DNA of 64,000 nt from Octopus vulgaris (Eukaryota): assembly GCA_951406725.2 (NCBI GenBank), contig OX597818.1, forward strand, positions 79,856,001 to 79,920,000. The letters are read 5' to 3'. Made by a program: the position numbers and the translations under genes. Shown here piece after piece: positions 39,803 to 53,410 of the stretch. A model generated the notes under the pieces. That model was not told the origin of the DNA and ran no database searches. It worked only from the letters and a program-made list of their open reading frames with translations. How positions within the stretch are numbered: position 1 is the stretch's first letter; every line of letters starts with the position of its first letter.

Positions 39803-40463
39803 TATGTTCAAATCCCTTGGCAAGAGGAGACAATTTTTGTGCTGATGACCTCTTTCTCCCTCTCCCCCTCAAAATTTTCTTCTCTTTTTTGCCCCATCTT
39901 TCTCTCCCTCTGTCTCTGTCTCTCTCTCTATCTCTCTCTCTCTCTCTCTCTATCTCTATCTCTCTCTCTCTTTGAAGAAAGAGAAGTAAAACAACAGTAA
40001 CTGAATACGTCCAAAATCCATTGAGTTTAGTCGGAAAAGAAATCGTTACTTCAGTGGGTTTAGCCTGTTAAATTGGGGTTAGACTTAGTAACTATATTAT
40101 ATATGAGGAGAGTAATATTATCAATTCTTATAACCTGGAGCGATTCAATCTACAAATTTAATTTTAAAAGTACGATCTGCATGTCTCTCTTTGTGTAAAA
40201 CTCCAGCTTTTAAGAATAATTATTAAGCATTTACTAACATCACTAATTGCGCCAATAACACAACTAACCATTGGAATATATATACATGCGTACGTACGTA
40301 CATACATACATACATACATACATACATACATACATACATACATACATACATACATACATACATACATACCTTGTTCATGCCGTTGAAATTTCAATGAAGG
40401 GACCTTGAATCTAGGGTAGAAACCAGCACTTTATTGGCAAGAAATCTTGAAATAAAACTGAAT

Positions 40464-40515
<52 letters not shown>

Positions 40516-40566
40516 CATACAATACATATATATATATATACATATATATATATATGTGTATGTATG

Positions 40567-40600
<34 letters not shown>

Positions 40601-40686
40601 TACAATACATATATATACATATATATATATGTGTATGTATGTATATATATATGTATATATATATGTATGTATGTACATATATATGT

Positions 40687-40752
<66 letters not shown>

Positions 40753-40774
40753 TGTATATATATGTATATATATA

Positions 40775-40918
40775 GTTAATCCAAACAAGAAAACACGAAA
40801 AAACACAACGCGAGGACGTGGAACAAATATAGTATTATTGGACGCTCAGGAAAGAAGGGAAGAAGGAGGGTTTAACGTTTCGAGCGGAGCTCTTCGTGTG
40901 AAACATAGGAGAAGGTCA
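40775..40918 (-). mobile_element. PLE-terminus-like mini-element with hammerhead motif (same family as 16763-16880)
   Basis: Minus strand GTTT-CACACGA-AGAGC-TCC-GCTC-GAAACGTT-AAAC. The tail is similar to 16763-16880. (TA)n lies on both sides. Confidence 0.7.
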
Positions 40919-40925
40919 TATATAT

Positions 40926-40991
<66 letters not shown>

Positions 40992-40993
<2 letters not shown>

Positions 40994-41146
40994 AGAAATT
41001 GAAGTGAGTAGGGAATAAGATATGTCATGAACTTCATGACATAATTTCTTATTACTGCTCTGTACTCGACTGACGCTTTGTTCTGAAACATATGTAAATT
41101 AAGTTCTAACATCTGGTTATGAGACTCGCTATGCCTAAGCGAAATA
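40992..41146 (+). mobile_element. 5'-truncated long-stem-II hammerhead element
   Basis: A long hairpin caga..tatgtcatgaa-c-ttcatgacata..ttct directly precedes GAAAC-ATAT-GTA (palindrome ACATATGT). The CUGANGA box is missing at the (TA)n junction. Confidence 0.55.
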
Positions 41147-41210
41147 ATATAATATATATCTTTATATATATATACACACGCACATATGTGTGTGTGTGTG
41201 TGTATAAATG

Positions 41211-41264
<54 letters not shown>

Positions 41265-41266
<2 letters not shown>

Positions 41267-41455
41267 GGTCCCGGGTTGATTCGGGGTTAACCACAGTAAA
41301 TAAGGTACTCAATACATAGCAGAGTAAAATTAATTTATTATATAGAAGGAGCTTCTACAGGACTAGAACTGTTTCATTCAAGAGAAATCTTCAGGAAAGA
41401 TTTCTCTTGAATGAAACAGTTCTAGTCCTGTAGAAGCTCCTTCTATATAATAAAT
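41265..41455. mobile_element. Perfect fold-back mini-element (59-bp arms, 5-nt loop) folding at a hammerhead core
   Basis: 41333-41391 mirrors 41397-41455 exactly. The minus strand reads CTGAAGA-TTTC-TCTT-GAAT-GAAAC-AGTTC. The left arm has about 68 nt of extra tail. Confidence 0.85.
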
Positions 41456-41480
41456 ATATATATATATATATACTTTGCTT

Positions 41481-41558
41481 AAAATAAAGCATATTACTCT
41501 ACCACTGGTATTTGAGTACTCTTTTTTCCACTTTGTTTCACATTTATGTGTTTACTCC

Positions 41559-41561
<3 letters not shown>
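41481..41561 (+). mobile_element. 3' tail of the family at 16532-16683
   Basis: Reverse complement of 16532-16612, ending tttactccgg-(TA)n. Confidence 0.8.
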
Positions 41562-41606
<45 letters not shown>

Positions 41607-42296
41607 CATATATCGCATGGTTAGGGTGTTGATATAATCGACTGGACACCTCCCCTAAAATTTCAGGTTTTTTCTTATAATAGAAAGTATTATAGCAGAT
41701 CTGTTAGCACGCCGGACAAAATGCTTCATGACATTTTGTCCGTCTTTATATTCTTAGTTCAAACTCTGCCAGACCTTGAGACATCTTCAAGACTCCGTTC
41801 CCCTCCTTAACTCAACTGCCCACTTTTGCACAGCTGATAAAGCTGGAGCGTCATCCCCTAATGCAACAACCGTGTGCGCAAGGATTTCGTTGGGAGATAA
41901 ACACTTTTTCTGCTGGTTCTTGATAGCATCACGATGCCAAATTTTGTCCATTTTCAAGAAACGTCGTTACTAGCTATCTTTGAAGTCTTCTTTGAATAGT
42001 TGTATGCCGGTTTACCTGAAAGGTACAATGCGGTTATTAATAAGCAATCGAAATGAATGCATGCAAGATTTCACAATTCTAACATCACTCCTTCATAGCC
42101 AGGCTTTGCCGCCCAGCCTTGTACATACAAACACACATACATACATACATACATACATACATACATACGCACATACATACATGCATACATGCATACATAC
42201 ATATATACATACATACATACATATTTAAAGGTGCGAAACTAATGGTCACTCTATAACCGCCATAACTTTTAACTTTGTAATGTATACATATATATA

Positions 42297-42416
<120 letters not shown>

Positions 42417-43035
42417 CTTTACGTGCATAACGTACATATATCCTTATATATGTGTGTGTGTATATATACATATATGTATGTATGTATATATACATACATA
42501 TATATAAATATGTGTGTACGTATGTATGTATTTCACTCTCTGTTTTAGTTTATTCCTTAAAAGTCGCGAAGAGAATCGCAAATTCGGCGCCTTCCTGAAT
42601 ATTCACAAAACAACGGACCCAACCGGATTACATAAGTACTGACCTTGCATGTCATTTTGTCTCACCTAATGGATCAAATTTCTATAACAGAGTTTAATGG
42701 CAGAATCTCTTAATGTCTTTTAGAAACGACCAACTTACCAAGTTTACTTCGGTTAATAGCACTTAACGTAACTGAGCACATATAATAATTACAGCTATAA
42801 ATGCAAACCTATAATTAGAGCGAATACACAGCCTGCAGGTCTTAAATCCTATCTCTACTCCTTCATGTTCTGTATTAGACACCTACCTGAGAAAGATCGA
42901 TATCATGTCCTTTCATTTCAAGTTTTGATTCATGTACGCCCACAATGCAAGTTTTATACAACATACATCACATCGCATATCCAACAGTAGAGCCCACAAT
43001 CATAGATTTAATCATTCGTAGTTAAATCCTACCTT

Positions 43036-43080
<45 letters not shown>

Positions 43081-43147
43081 TCTCTCTACCTCTCTCTTCA
43101 TCCATACATACAATATATTTATCAGAATTAAATGCAGGCTATCATAA

Positions 43148-43559
43148 TCTATATATATAAAACTGAGAATGGCGTCTGTGTGAGTGAATCCCTAAAACTT
43201 GAGAACTAGGCCACCAATTTCATTCAAATTTTACACCTGCCATACTTGAGTCCATGTAGTGTCATGGGCAAAAAATTGTAAACTTCTTGCCCACAGCAAT
43301 ATCATATCTTCTCCACTATTTCAGTATTACGTGTTAAAAGTAAAACAAAAACATCTCTCTATTGTAATGTCAGATACTTTCATTTTAATACTGAAACTAT
43401 TACAGTGAAAGTACTATATAAGAGAGATGAACTATTGACAGTGGACATCCATTTTGCTAGAAGATCCGCTATGGTCTTATATGCTACACCACAGGTTTTC
43501 AATTCATATTAATCAAATTAATATTCAATTTTTCACCCTTACTATTTTAAATTTAAATT

Positions 43560-43602
<43 letters not shown>

Positions 43603-45583
43603 GGTATATATACATGTATATATATATGGATGTATATATATATATACATGTATATATATATACATGTATATATATATATATGGATGTATATATATATACA
43701 TGTATATATATAGATGTATATGTATACATGTATGTGTATAGCTGTATATGTATGCATGTATATGTATAGATGTGTATGTATACATGTATATGTATACATG
43801 TATGTGTAGATGTATATATATATATAGATGTACACATATATACTCCCATACACACACACACACACGCACACACATACATAAGTGCAGGTGTAGCTGTGTA
43901 GTAACAAACTTGGTTCCAAAGCACATGGTCCTCAGTTCAGTCCTAATGTGTGGTAACTTGGCATGTGTCTTCTGCTATAGCCTCAGACCAACCAAAGCCT
44001 TGTCAGTGGATTTTGTAGACAGAAACTGAAAGAAATCAATCATATATATATATGTATATATGTAAGTCTATGTGTGTGTATTTGCGTTTCTTCCTCATCA
44101 CTGCTTCACAACTGTTGTTCGTTTATTTACATCCCCATAACTTACTGGTTTCACAAGAAGAAACTGATAGAATAAGTACCAGGCTTATCAAAATAAAAAA
44201 AAAGCACTAGGCAGTGTCTCATATTTTTGTTTGCCCACTCAGCTGTATCTATTAATTTATTTTTGTATGTGTGTGTATATATATATATATATAACACCCT
44301 AATGTGAGTCATTTCTTTTATGATCCAAACCTAGGTGAAAAGTACTGAATGGATCTTTATGAAATTTGGAAATTATATTCTATGCATAAGGACCATAACC
44401 CCCATGACAATTCATATATTTTTGCTGTTGATGAAATTTTAACCATAGATATTAGACACAAATGAAGTAATATTTATAAAATTTCATCTTCTTACAAGTT
44501 ACAAAGACCCCCTCCATGGGGACTTAACACCCACAATTTTGTCATTTTATCTAAGCAAAAACGAATACAGTTGGCTCTTGGAAGCTATAGGGTTACCTGA
44601 GCATAAAAGATGAGCATTATTTGTAATTTAATGGTACAACATTGTAACAGTTTGCTTTGATATACACTTACATTGTGATTTCTGCAATGTGCTGCATAAA
44701 TTGTCAAGTAAATGAGAGGCATCTTTGCCTCCACTGATTCAGTTGCAAAGTGTTGAGTAAAGTTATTTGATTGCAGACCTCCTTTCAGTCATTTTATTAT
44801 CACTGGGTCACACATAGTCCCCAGATGGTAACATTGATTTCAAGGCCTTCCCAGATGAGTGACTGGTTACTCAAAGACATAGATTGTAAATTTATTCTGT
44901 CCAGTTACGTATCAGTATAGTGGTCATTTGCAAACTCCAGAGGTGACACTTTCATTTCTCCTTAGCCCTCATCACACAGTTGTTAATGTTTATTTCAGTT
45001 GGGTCACGCCCTTCCAATTGCTATAGATTCGTAATGCATCTTACGGCTGTGTCTGTCACCTGGATGGTGAGGAATCCTACATTGGGAATGGTAACGACTA
45101 GTGTAGGGTAGCTGACTGCTTATTGTGATCATTCGTCTTTTGGTTTCCTGTAGCTTGCTCTCTTTTACAAACCCAATGAACATATATTTCCTATTTTAAA
45201 GAAATTCAAACAACAGATATAAGACCCAAGTTTAAAAGATTCTCAACAATTCAAATTCTCTGGTTGACATTAAGATGCCCACCCCCAACAGAGGCCTTAA
45301 CTCTCACATTTTAGAGCTCCATCACCTTCATTTTTCAGGAGCAAAATCTTTTTAACAGGTTCAATAAGACTGGAATTTTGTAATATGCGCATAAAAATCA
45401 GTAGCATGGGATACATGTGGCACGATTACAATTTTTTAGGGTGTGTAAAAAGGGAAATAACCCTCATCTGCAAATTTGATGAAATTCGAAACATACATAT
45501 TCCAGTTATTTACAGAAAATATAACAGAAATGTCTAATTCTTCAATTGCATGTAACACGGGCAATGTCGGGTATCTCTACTAG
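43148..45583 (+). mobile_element. Non-autonomous Helitron-like element with nested insertions
   Basis: A-TCTATATATATAAAAC 5' end and cgggcaatgtcgggta..CTAG-T 3' end. Whether both ends belong to one copy is inferred. Confidence 0.6.
43884..44212 (+). mobile_element. SINE family A, diverged, nested in the Helitron
   Basis: Colinear with 45905-46358. Confidence 0.8.
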
Positions 45584-45904
45584 TAAATCATATAATTAAA
45601 CTAAGAAGTTAAACGCTTCGCGTGTACATCTATTTCTCACCTATAGTAGTTCTTCCAGCTATAAGAACTCCCATACATGTATATATGTGTGTCTTTGTCT
45701 GTATGTGTGTGAATGTATGTGAGTGTGTGTGTATTCTTAGTATGTATGTATGTATATATATATGTATATATAAATATACTTCCAGCTATAAGAACTCCCA
45801 TACATGTACATATGTGTGTCTTTGTCTGTATGTGTATGAATGTATGTATGTATGTATGTATGTATGTATGTATGTATGTATGTATATATATATGTATATA
45901 TATA

Positions 45905-46067
45905 GGCGCAGGAGTGGCTGTGTGGTAAGTAGCTTGCTAACCAACCACATGTTTCCGGGTTCAGTCCCACTGCGTGGCATCTTGGGCAAGTGTCTTCTGC
46001 TATAGCCTCGGGCCGACCAAAGCCTTGTGAGTGGATTTGGTAGACGGAAACTGAAAGAAGCCTGTCG

Positions 46068-46161
<94 letters not shown>

Positions 46162-46358
46162 TGTGTCTGTGTTTGTCCCCCTAGCATTGCTTGACAACCG
46201 ATACTGGTGTGTTTACGTCCCCGTCACTTAGCGGTTCGGCAAAAGAGACCGATAGAATAAGTACTGGGCTTACAAAGAATACGTCCCGGGGTCGATTTGC
46301 TTGACTAAAGGCGGTGCTCCAGCATGGCCGCAGTCAAATGACTGAAACAAGTAAAAAA
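45905..46358 (+). mobile_element. tRNA-derived SINE family A, full length (reference copy)
   Basis: A-box TGGCTGTGTGGT, B-box GGTTCAGTCCC, central (TA)n(TG)n, and 3' end atgactgaaacaagtaaaa. Confidence 0.9.
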
Positions 46359-46417
46359 ATATATATATATATATAATTTATGTATATATGTATATATATA
46401 TATATATAATTTATGTA

Positions 46418-46481
<64 letters not shown>

Positions 46482-47319
46482 TATGCGTATATGTGTCATC
46501 ATAACGCGTGTGAAAATATATACCGTAGATTTTTGAATATATTATGCAAGAATCGTGTATAAGCGATAACTATTTTCTTTTTACTATTATTTGTAAAAAG
46601 CCTAATAAGACCGATAAACATATATACCATTAAGAGGACAGATATTTGAGTTGTATTAACTCTCCAGAGAAGAAGTGTTTAATGTATTCATACTGCAAGG
46701 TTTTCTCTTGTTCTTTTCTGGCAACAGAAACAGCGAAAGTTTTGGTGCGACTCTAGCTCACCTTAACGTTATGTCAATTAAAGACTCCGTAGTTTACCGT
46801 AGAAAGTTTATCTGTATGACTTAAGGAAACTTATTAGGTTTTTAAAATTCTAACAAGATTAGAACATTAATATAATGCAAAAACTAAGACAGAAATAAAC
46901 TCTTAAACTTCAGGGTTCATTATACCATGAAAATATTTCTGTTTTAGTTTTTGCATTATATTAGTGTTGTTCTAATATGTAACGTATTAATAGGAAATTA
47001 TATACCGTAGAATACTTTGTTTCGGTTTTTTGTCATTATGAATATTCGTGTCGTCACGTACGTAATGTATTCTATTTTTGAAGTCCCTATCTTTTGGGTC
47101 ACCATTGCAATAACGTGCAGTATGGTTAAACGATAAGTGTTCCTTGTCGAAAGTTTAGGTTGATTACTAAATTTACAAAATAAGTTTTTAAGGATTCTGG
47201 AGAGATGGAGAAATGGCTGGATTTTTGTATTAAGATACTGCTCTTTTACGTTATGTTACAACAAAATACATACACACATACGAACATACACACACACACA
47301 CACACACATACACACATAT

Positions 47320-47638
47320 ATATAATACAAATAAGAAAATTGAGGAACAAATTCATTTCAATCATCAACTTACAGATATTACCATTTCATATTATTTATT
47401 AACTATATAAATAGAAACATCCAAATCGAACAAAACGATATAAATCAATATGCAAGATAATAATACCATAAGAATAATACACATAAAATGGTCCTTACAG
47501 CTGTTTCAGCCTCTAGATAAAAGTATCTCATTCTACCTATATTAGTCAGATGTATTTGGCATTTGGGTGCTTCACCAGCAGTATATTGGATAACTGATAT
47601 CCCATAGTGGGTTACCCTCATAACCCCTATCTTACTTT

Positions 47639-47642
<4 letters not shown>
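47320..47642 (-). mobile_element. PLE-terminus-like element with degenerate long-stem-II hammerhead (47493-47580)
   Basis: Minus strand CTGGTGA-AGC..GCT-GAAAC-AGCT-GTA-AGG, flanked by TA/CA microsatellites. Stem I does not pair. Confidence 0.5.
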
Positions 47643-47673
<31 letters not shown>

Positions 47674-48480
47674 ACACACGCGCACAAACAAAAGTTGTAC
47701 TTAGATTCGTTTCTTATGCGATTTCCAAATAAACTTCATAAATTTCTTTAGATTTGTCGATGAACTCATTCCTAACAGCATTCATTTTGTGACAACGGCA
47801 GAGATCAACCCACCTCGTAGTTCCCCGTAGCTATATCAAATATTTCCTGGTTATTCGCTTTTATTGTGGTTTGCATAATATAATTGAAGTACGAGTCACT
47901 AAACGGTGCATATTTTTTATTGAATTCTAAAAACCTTTTAAGAAGGGATATGGTTAAAGATATTCCTCAACGCCACAATGCTAAAAGTTTTGTAACAATA
48001 ACCACTTTTCTTGCTTTCGTGTGTTTTGTGCACTTGATACTAAAGACATCTAACTATAGTGTTTCTTTTAACACTGAATGAACACGATCACATATTATGG
48101 GTATTTTAATAGAATAGATGAATATGAGACTCATTTTCAAACGGTTTTTCAACGAATAATAGAGGCTCAAGTAATGAACATTTTTGTTTGTATAAAAGAT
48201 GCGAATTGCTTCCCTATGTCAATTGCTTGTCTCTTCAGCTCCCTCACTAATAACATCAGACGACCCAAAACCAAAACACAGAGTAAAAGATAAGTTGAAG
48301 CTCATATATCTATCTTAATATATGTGTGTGTGTGTGTTTGTCTGTGTGCGTGCGTGCGTGTGTATGTATATATATATATATATATAAACGTATGTATGTA
48401 AGTATATATATGTGTGTGCGTGCGTGCGTGCGTGCGTGTGTGTGCGTGCGTGCGTGTGCGTGAGTGTGTGTTTGTATACT

Positions 48481-48685
48481 CTTACTCTTTTACTCTTTTA
48501 CTTGTTTCAGTCATTTGACTGCGGCCATGCAGGAGCACCGCCTTTAATCGAGCAATTCGACCCCGGGACTTATTCTTTTGTAAGCCCAGTACTTATTCTA
48601 TCGGTCTCTTTTGCCGAACCGCTAAGTAACGGGGACATAAACACACCAGCATCGGTTGTCAAGCAATGCTAGGGGGACACACACA

Positions 48686-48729
<44 letters not shown>

Positions 48730-48780
48730 TACGACGGGCTTCTTTCAGTTTCCGTCTACCAAATCCACTCACAAGGCTTT
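48481..48780 (-). mobile_element. SINE family A, head missing
   Basis: Near-identical to the reverse complement of 46020-46358. Confidence 0.9.
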
Positions 48781-49952
48781 ATATGCATGTATAAACGAAT
48801 GTATGTAAGTATATATATGTGTGTGTGTGCGTGCGTGCGTGTGCGTCAGTGTGTGTTTGTATACGTATGCATGTATGTATATATACATAATATATATGTG
48901 TATGCGTGTATGTGTTGTATGTATGTATGTATGTATGTATGTATAAAATCAGGAGGTATGAGAGGTGAATCCTTGGAGTTACGGCTGTTTCACAACCTTC
49001 TTCATGTAGTATTAATTTCAGTGTGGAAGAAATTATGCTTACATGCTTGCATCAATTTGCATATTTGGCAAATTGTTTTCCTCTTGTTTTCTTCTTTCTA
49101 AGTCTAATGTACATCCTCACCTATTGATTTCTGTCTAGCGTCCATTTTATTCTAGTAGCTCTTACGTTTCCAGTAACGTTTCCAGTAACCATGTAACGAG
49201 CGAATGCTTTAAAAAAATTCCCTATTCGAAGCTAATCAAATAATTACCAACTGAGTCCTGGGATCGATGTAACTGACATGCATTATCTCGTTCTTGATCT
49301 TCCCCCACGGTCTCCTGCAGGTGGTTGGTTGGCTCGTTTTGAAGAAACCGTCATGCGATCCTTTCCTGTGACATCGATTATTCGTGCACACCTACCACGC
49401 ATAATCACACAAGCTACACACACGAACTTGCTGGCCTTGTACCAAAATTTTAAACTAATATTTCCTCAGCGCCCCAAATGTGTGTTATAAGGGCTTGTGG
49501 GAAACAGTTGTTTATTCCAACTCTTGACTTTAATCGGCATTTCAATTTATCGATCCTCAAAAGAAATAAACCTAACGATGACGTCCGCTGGGCTTGAACT
49601 GAGAAAGTAATGGGTCATAACTATAGAAAACAAGATAGTTTGTTTGGTACTCTCTGCTGTTCCAGCGATTCTATCCATCCATACATCCCACGTCCCTGTC
49701 CACGGGTCATGGGTATAGAATCCTCAAGCACCACATCCAAAGATTCCTATCAGAAGCAACCAATCTTAGACATGCATTATCTCGTTCTTGGTCTGCCCCG
49801 CGGTTTCCTGCAGGTGGCTGGTTGGCTCGTTTTGAAGAATCCGTCATGCGATCCTTTACTGAGACATTTTTGCGACTTCAAAGGAGAAAAAAAATATTTT
49901 TCTAAAATAGGCTCAAGGCCTGGCATCAATGACACACGCGAGCGTGCGCACA

Positions 49953-49998
<46 letters not shown>

Positions 49999-50144
49999 TA
50001 TTCGTGCACACATTGACCTACCACGCATAATCATACAAGCCACACACATACACATCACACACACATTACATACAATCAGATACGCGTCAAACAATCACAC
50101 AAACACACACACAGCACAGCCCACACACAAGCACACACAACGGC

Positions 50145-50272
50145 TACTTATTTTATTGATCATGAAAGGATGAACGGCTAAGTTGACCTTGACGGATTTC
50201 GAACGCGGAACGTAAAAATCCGGAAAAAATGCCGCTAAGCATTTTGTCTGTTGCAGTAATGATTCTGTCAGC
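50145..50272 (-). mobile_element. SINE family C, partial
   Basis: Inverted relative to the adjacent copy at 50279-50490. Confidence 0.7.
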
Positions 50273-50278
50273 GTGTTA

Positions 50279-50490
50279 AGGCGGCGAGCTGGCAGAAACG
50301 TTAACACGCCGGGCGAAGTGCTCAGCGATATTTCGTCTGTCTTTACGTTCTGAGTTCAAATTCCACTGAGGACGACTTTGCCTTTCATCCTTTGGGGATC
50401 GATAAATTAAGTACCAGTTGCGTACTGGGGTCGATCTAATCGACTGGCCTCCTCCCCAAAAAGTGTCGGGCCTTGTGCCTAGAGTAGAAA
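50279..50490 (+). mobile_element. tRNA-derived SINE family C, full length (reference copy)
   Basis: A-box TGGCAGAAACGTT and B-box GAGTTCAAATTCC. Confidence 0.9.
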
Positions 50491-50504
50491 AGGATTCTGT
50501 CAGC

Positions 50505-51555
50505 TTGGAGAAAGAGAATAATGGAGTGAAGAGGTGAGTCGATAGTTTGGGAGGAAAATAATGTAAAATTTAATGAAGAGGAGGAATGAGAGTTTTATAA
50601 GAAAAAGTGTGTAGGAAGAGGAAATGGAAGAGGAATGATAGAGTAAAAGTGACACGTGAGATGTGAAAGAGGTGAAAGGTAGAGAACTGTAAGTTGGAGA
50701 GGGCAAAGAGAGAGGGGGGAAGAAAAAGAAGGAAAGAGAGAGAATGAATGAGGAAAGTGAGAAGGTAAAGGAAAAGAAAGAGGGGAGAATGAATGAGGAA
50801 GAGGAGAGAAAGAGAGATAATGAATGATGAGAGAAAAGAAAGAGAAAGAAGCAAAGAAAGAATGAATGAGGAAAGAAAGAAGGAAAGAAAAAATATAAAT
50901 AAAGAGAAGTGAAGGTAAATGGAAAGAAGGAAAATGGGAATGAGAATTAAAAGAGGAGAGAAAGGGAAAGAAGGAAAAAGAAGATGATTGAAGAAAGAGA
51001 AGTGAAAGAAAATGAGGAAAGAGAAGAGAAGGAAAAGAAGAAAGGAGGAGAAAATGAAGAGGTAGAGAGAGAAGGTGGAAACAGAAAGAATGAACAGAGA
51101 GAAGGTAAAAGAAGAAACTGAAGATTTTAGAGAAGTGAATAAAAGAGTGGCGGAAGAATGAGATGAAACGGAAAGAAAGAAATATTATGACGAGAGGAGT
51201 GGAGGGGAGATATTACTAGGGGAGGTAAGTGAGGGAAAAAAGGAGAGTGAGAATAGAGAAGGAAAGAGGGAGAACGACAGAAATCGAGAAGAAGAAGACG
51301 AAGAAGAAGAAGAAGAAGAAGAAGAAGAAGAAGAAGAAGAAGAAGAAGAAGGAAAAGAAGAAAAGGAAGAAAGAAAAAGATGATGAAGATGAAGAACAAC
51401 AACAATGACAACAGGATTAACAACAAAAAAGATGAAGATAGGGAGGGCAAAAGAAAGATTTGTTGAAGAAGAAGAAGAGGAAGAAGAAAAAGAAAAAAGA
51501 AAAGAAGGAAAAGAAGAGAACGAAGAAAAAGAGGAAAAAGAAGATGAAGATGAAA

Positions 51556-51599
<44 letters not shown>

Positions 51600-52500
51600 A
51601 CAAAGAGTGGAGAGAGAAGTGTCATAAGAAAAAAGATAACAGAAAAGAGACAAAAATGTAAAAATGAATGGAGGAAAGAAGAAGAAGAAGAAGAAGAAGA
51701 AGAAGAAGAAGAAGAAGAAGGAAAAGAAGAAAAAGATGATGAAGAAGAAGAACAACGACAATGACAACAGGATCAACAACAAAAAAGATGAAGATAGGGA
51801 GGGCAAAAGAAAGATTTGTTGAAGAAGAAGAAGAGGAAGAAGAAAAAGAAAAAGAAAAGAAGGAAAAGAAGAGAACGAAGAAAAAGAGGAAAAAGAAGAT
51901 GAAGATGAAAAAGAAAGAAAAAAGAAAGAAAGAAAGAAAGAAAGAACAAAGAGTGGAGAAAGAAGTGTCATAAGAAAAAAGATAACAGAAAAAGAACAGA
52001 AAAGAGACAAAAATGTAAAAATGAATGGAGGAAAGAAGAAAAAGAAGTAGAAGAAGAAGAAGAAGAAGAAGAAGAAGAAGAAGAAGAAGAAGAAGAAGAA
52101 GAAGAAGAAGAAGGTGAAGAAAAGAAGAAAAAGGAGAAAGAAGAGAAAAAGAAAGAAAGAAGAAAGAAAGAAAGAAGAAAGAATGAAAGAAAGAAAGACA
52201 GAGAGAAAGAAAAAAGAACGAAGTTTATTGTGAAGAGAGAAGTGTGATGAGAAAAAAGATGACAGAAAAAGAACAGAAAAGAGACAAAAAAATGAATGGA
52301 AGAAAGAAGTAAATAAAGAATGAAAAAAGATCGAGAAAGAAAAGTGAGATGATGAACGAAAAAAATTAAACGAGAAAGCGAGAGAGAGAAAGAGAGAGAA
52401 TGTGCGACACGAGAGAGACAGATTGAGAATGAGAGAGAGAGAGAAAGAAAGAGGGAGAGGAAAACGAGAGAGATGAGAGAGAGGGGGAAGGTGGTAAGGG
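50505..52500. repeat. 2-kb polypurine tract with an internal tandem duplication of about 356 bp
   Basis: A/G-dominated plus strand. The unit caatgacaacagga..gatagggagggcaaaagaaagatttg recurs near 51403 and 51759. Confidence 0.9.
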
Positions 52501-52571
52501 GTATTAGATTGCAAGGTTTGATTGGAAGGTCGTGTTTTGAGTGTAGTTGGCGCGGTCGGTCTGAACTAGAA

Positions 52572-52677
52572 ATGTGGTTGACGTTACCAACAGCCAGTCT
52601 GTGTCTAGTGCATATCCTTCTAATGTCCCTGCCACATATTGGATCGACCAGCAAAAAAAAACTTCGTCAAAGACCAG
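52572..52677 (+). CDS. Putative first coding exon encoding a signal peptide (secreted or membrane protein)
   Basis: Island of unique sequence. ATG..MWLTLPTASLCLVHILLMSLPHIGSTSKKKLRQRP with a hydrophobic core, ending at a CAG/GTAGGA phase-1 donor. No downstream exon was identified. Confidence 0.45.
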
Positions 52678-52737
52678 GTAGGAATCAATTGAATGAAACA
52701 AACGACTAGCTTCTTCCTCAACGCTTATAATCTTCCA

Positions 52738-52772
<35 letters not shown>

Positions 52773-52784
52773 TGGTACTGCGTC

Positions 52785-53379
52785 AGTGACACACGTACAC
52801 GCACACTTACACATAGACGCACAAACACACACACTTACACATACACACACAGTTACGTATACACATATTTACATAAATATATACATACATGTTTACATAC
52901 ACACAGTCATTCATGCACATACACACATACATGCATACATACACACAATCATACATACATATACGCCATCATACATACATATATACAGACATATATCTAT
53001 ACATATATAAGCATATATATATATACAGCCACACATATACATATATACTTACATACATATACACACATTGACACAGAGTCTTACATACTCATACACATAA
53101 ACATACAAACATATACATATATACATATACACACACCGTGTCATATGCATAGATACATACATTCACACTCATACATAAACACACATATGCATACATGTAT
53201 ACATACACACACCGTCACTCATACATTTACATACATATACACAGTCACACATACATGCACACATACATACATACATACATACATACATACATACATACGT
53301 ACATACATACATGCACACAAACATGCATACGTACGTACATACATACATACATACATACATGCATACATACATACATACA

Positions 53380-53410
<31 letters not shown>

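Noticed and set aside
51127-52654. Long Glu/Lys-rich or Phe/Ser-rich ORFs (up to 365 aa)
   Set aside because: A product of the polypurine tract; the duplicated units fall in different frames.
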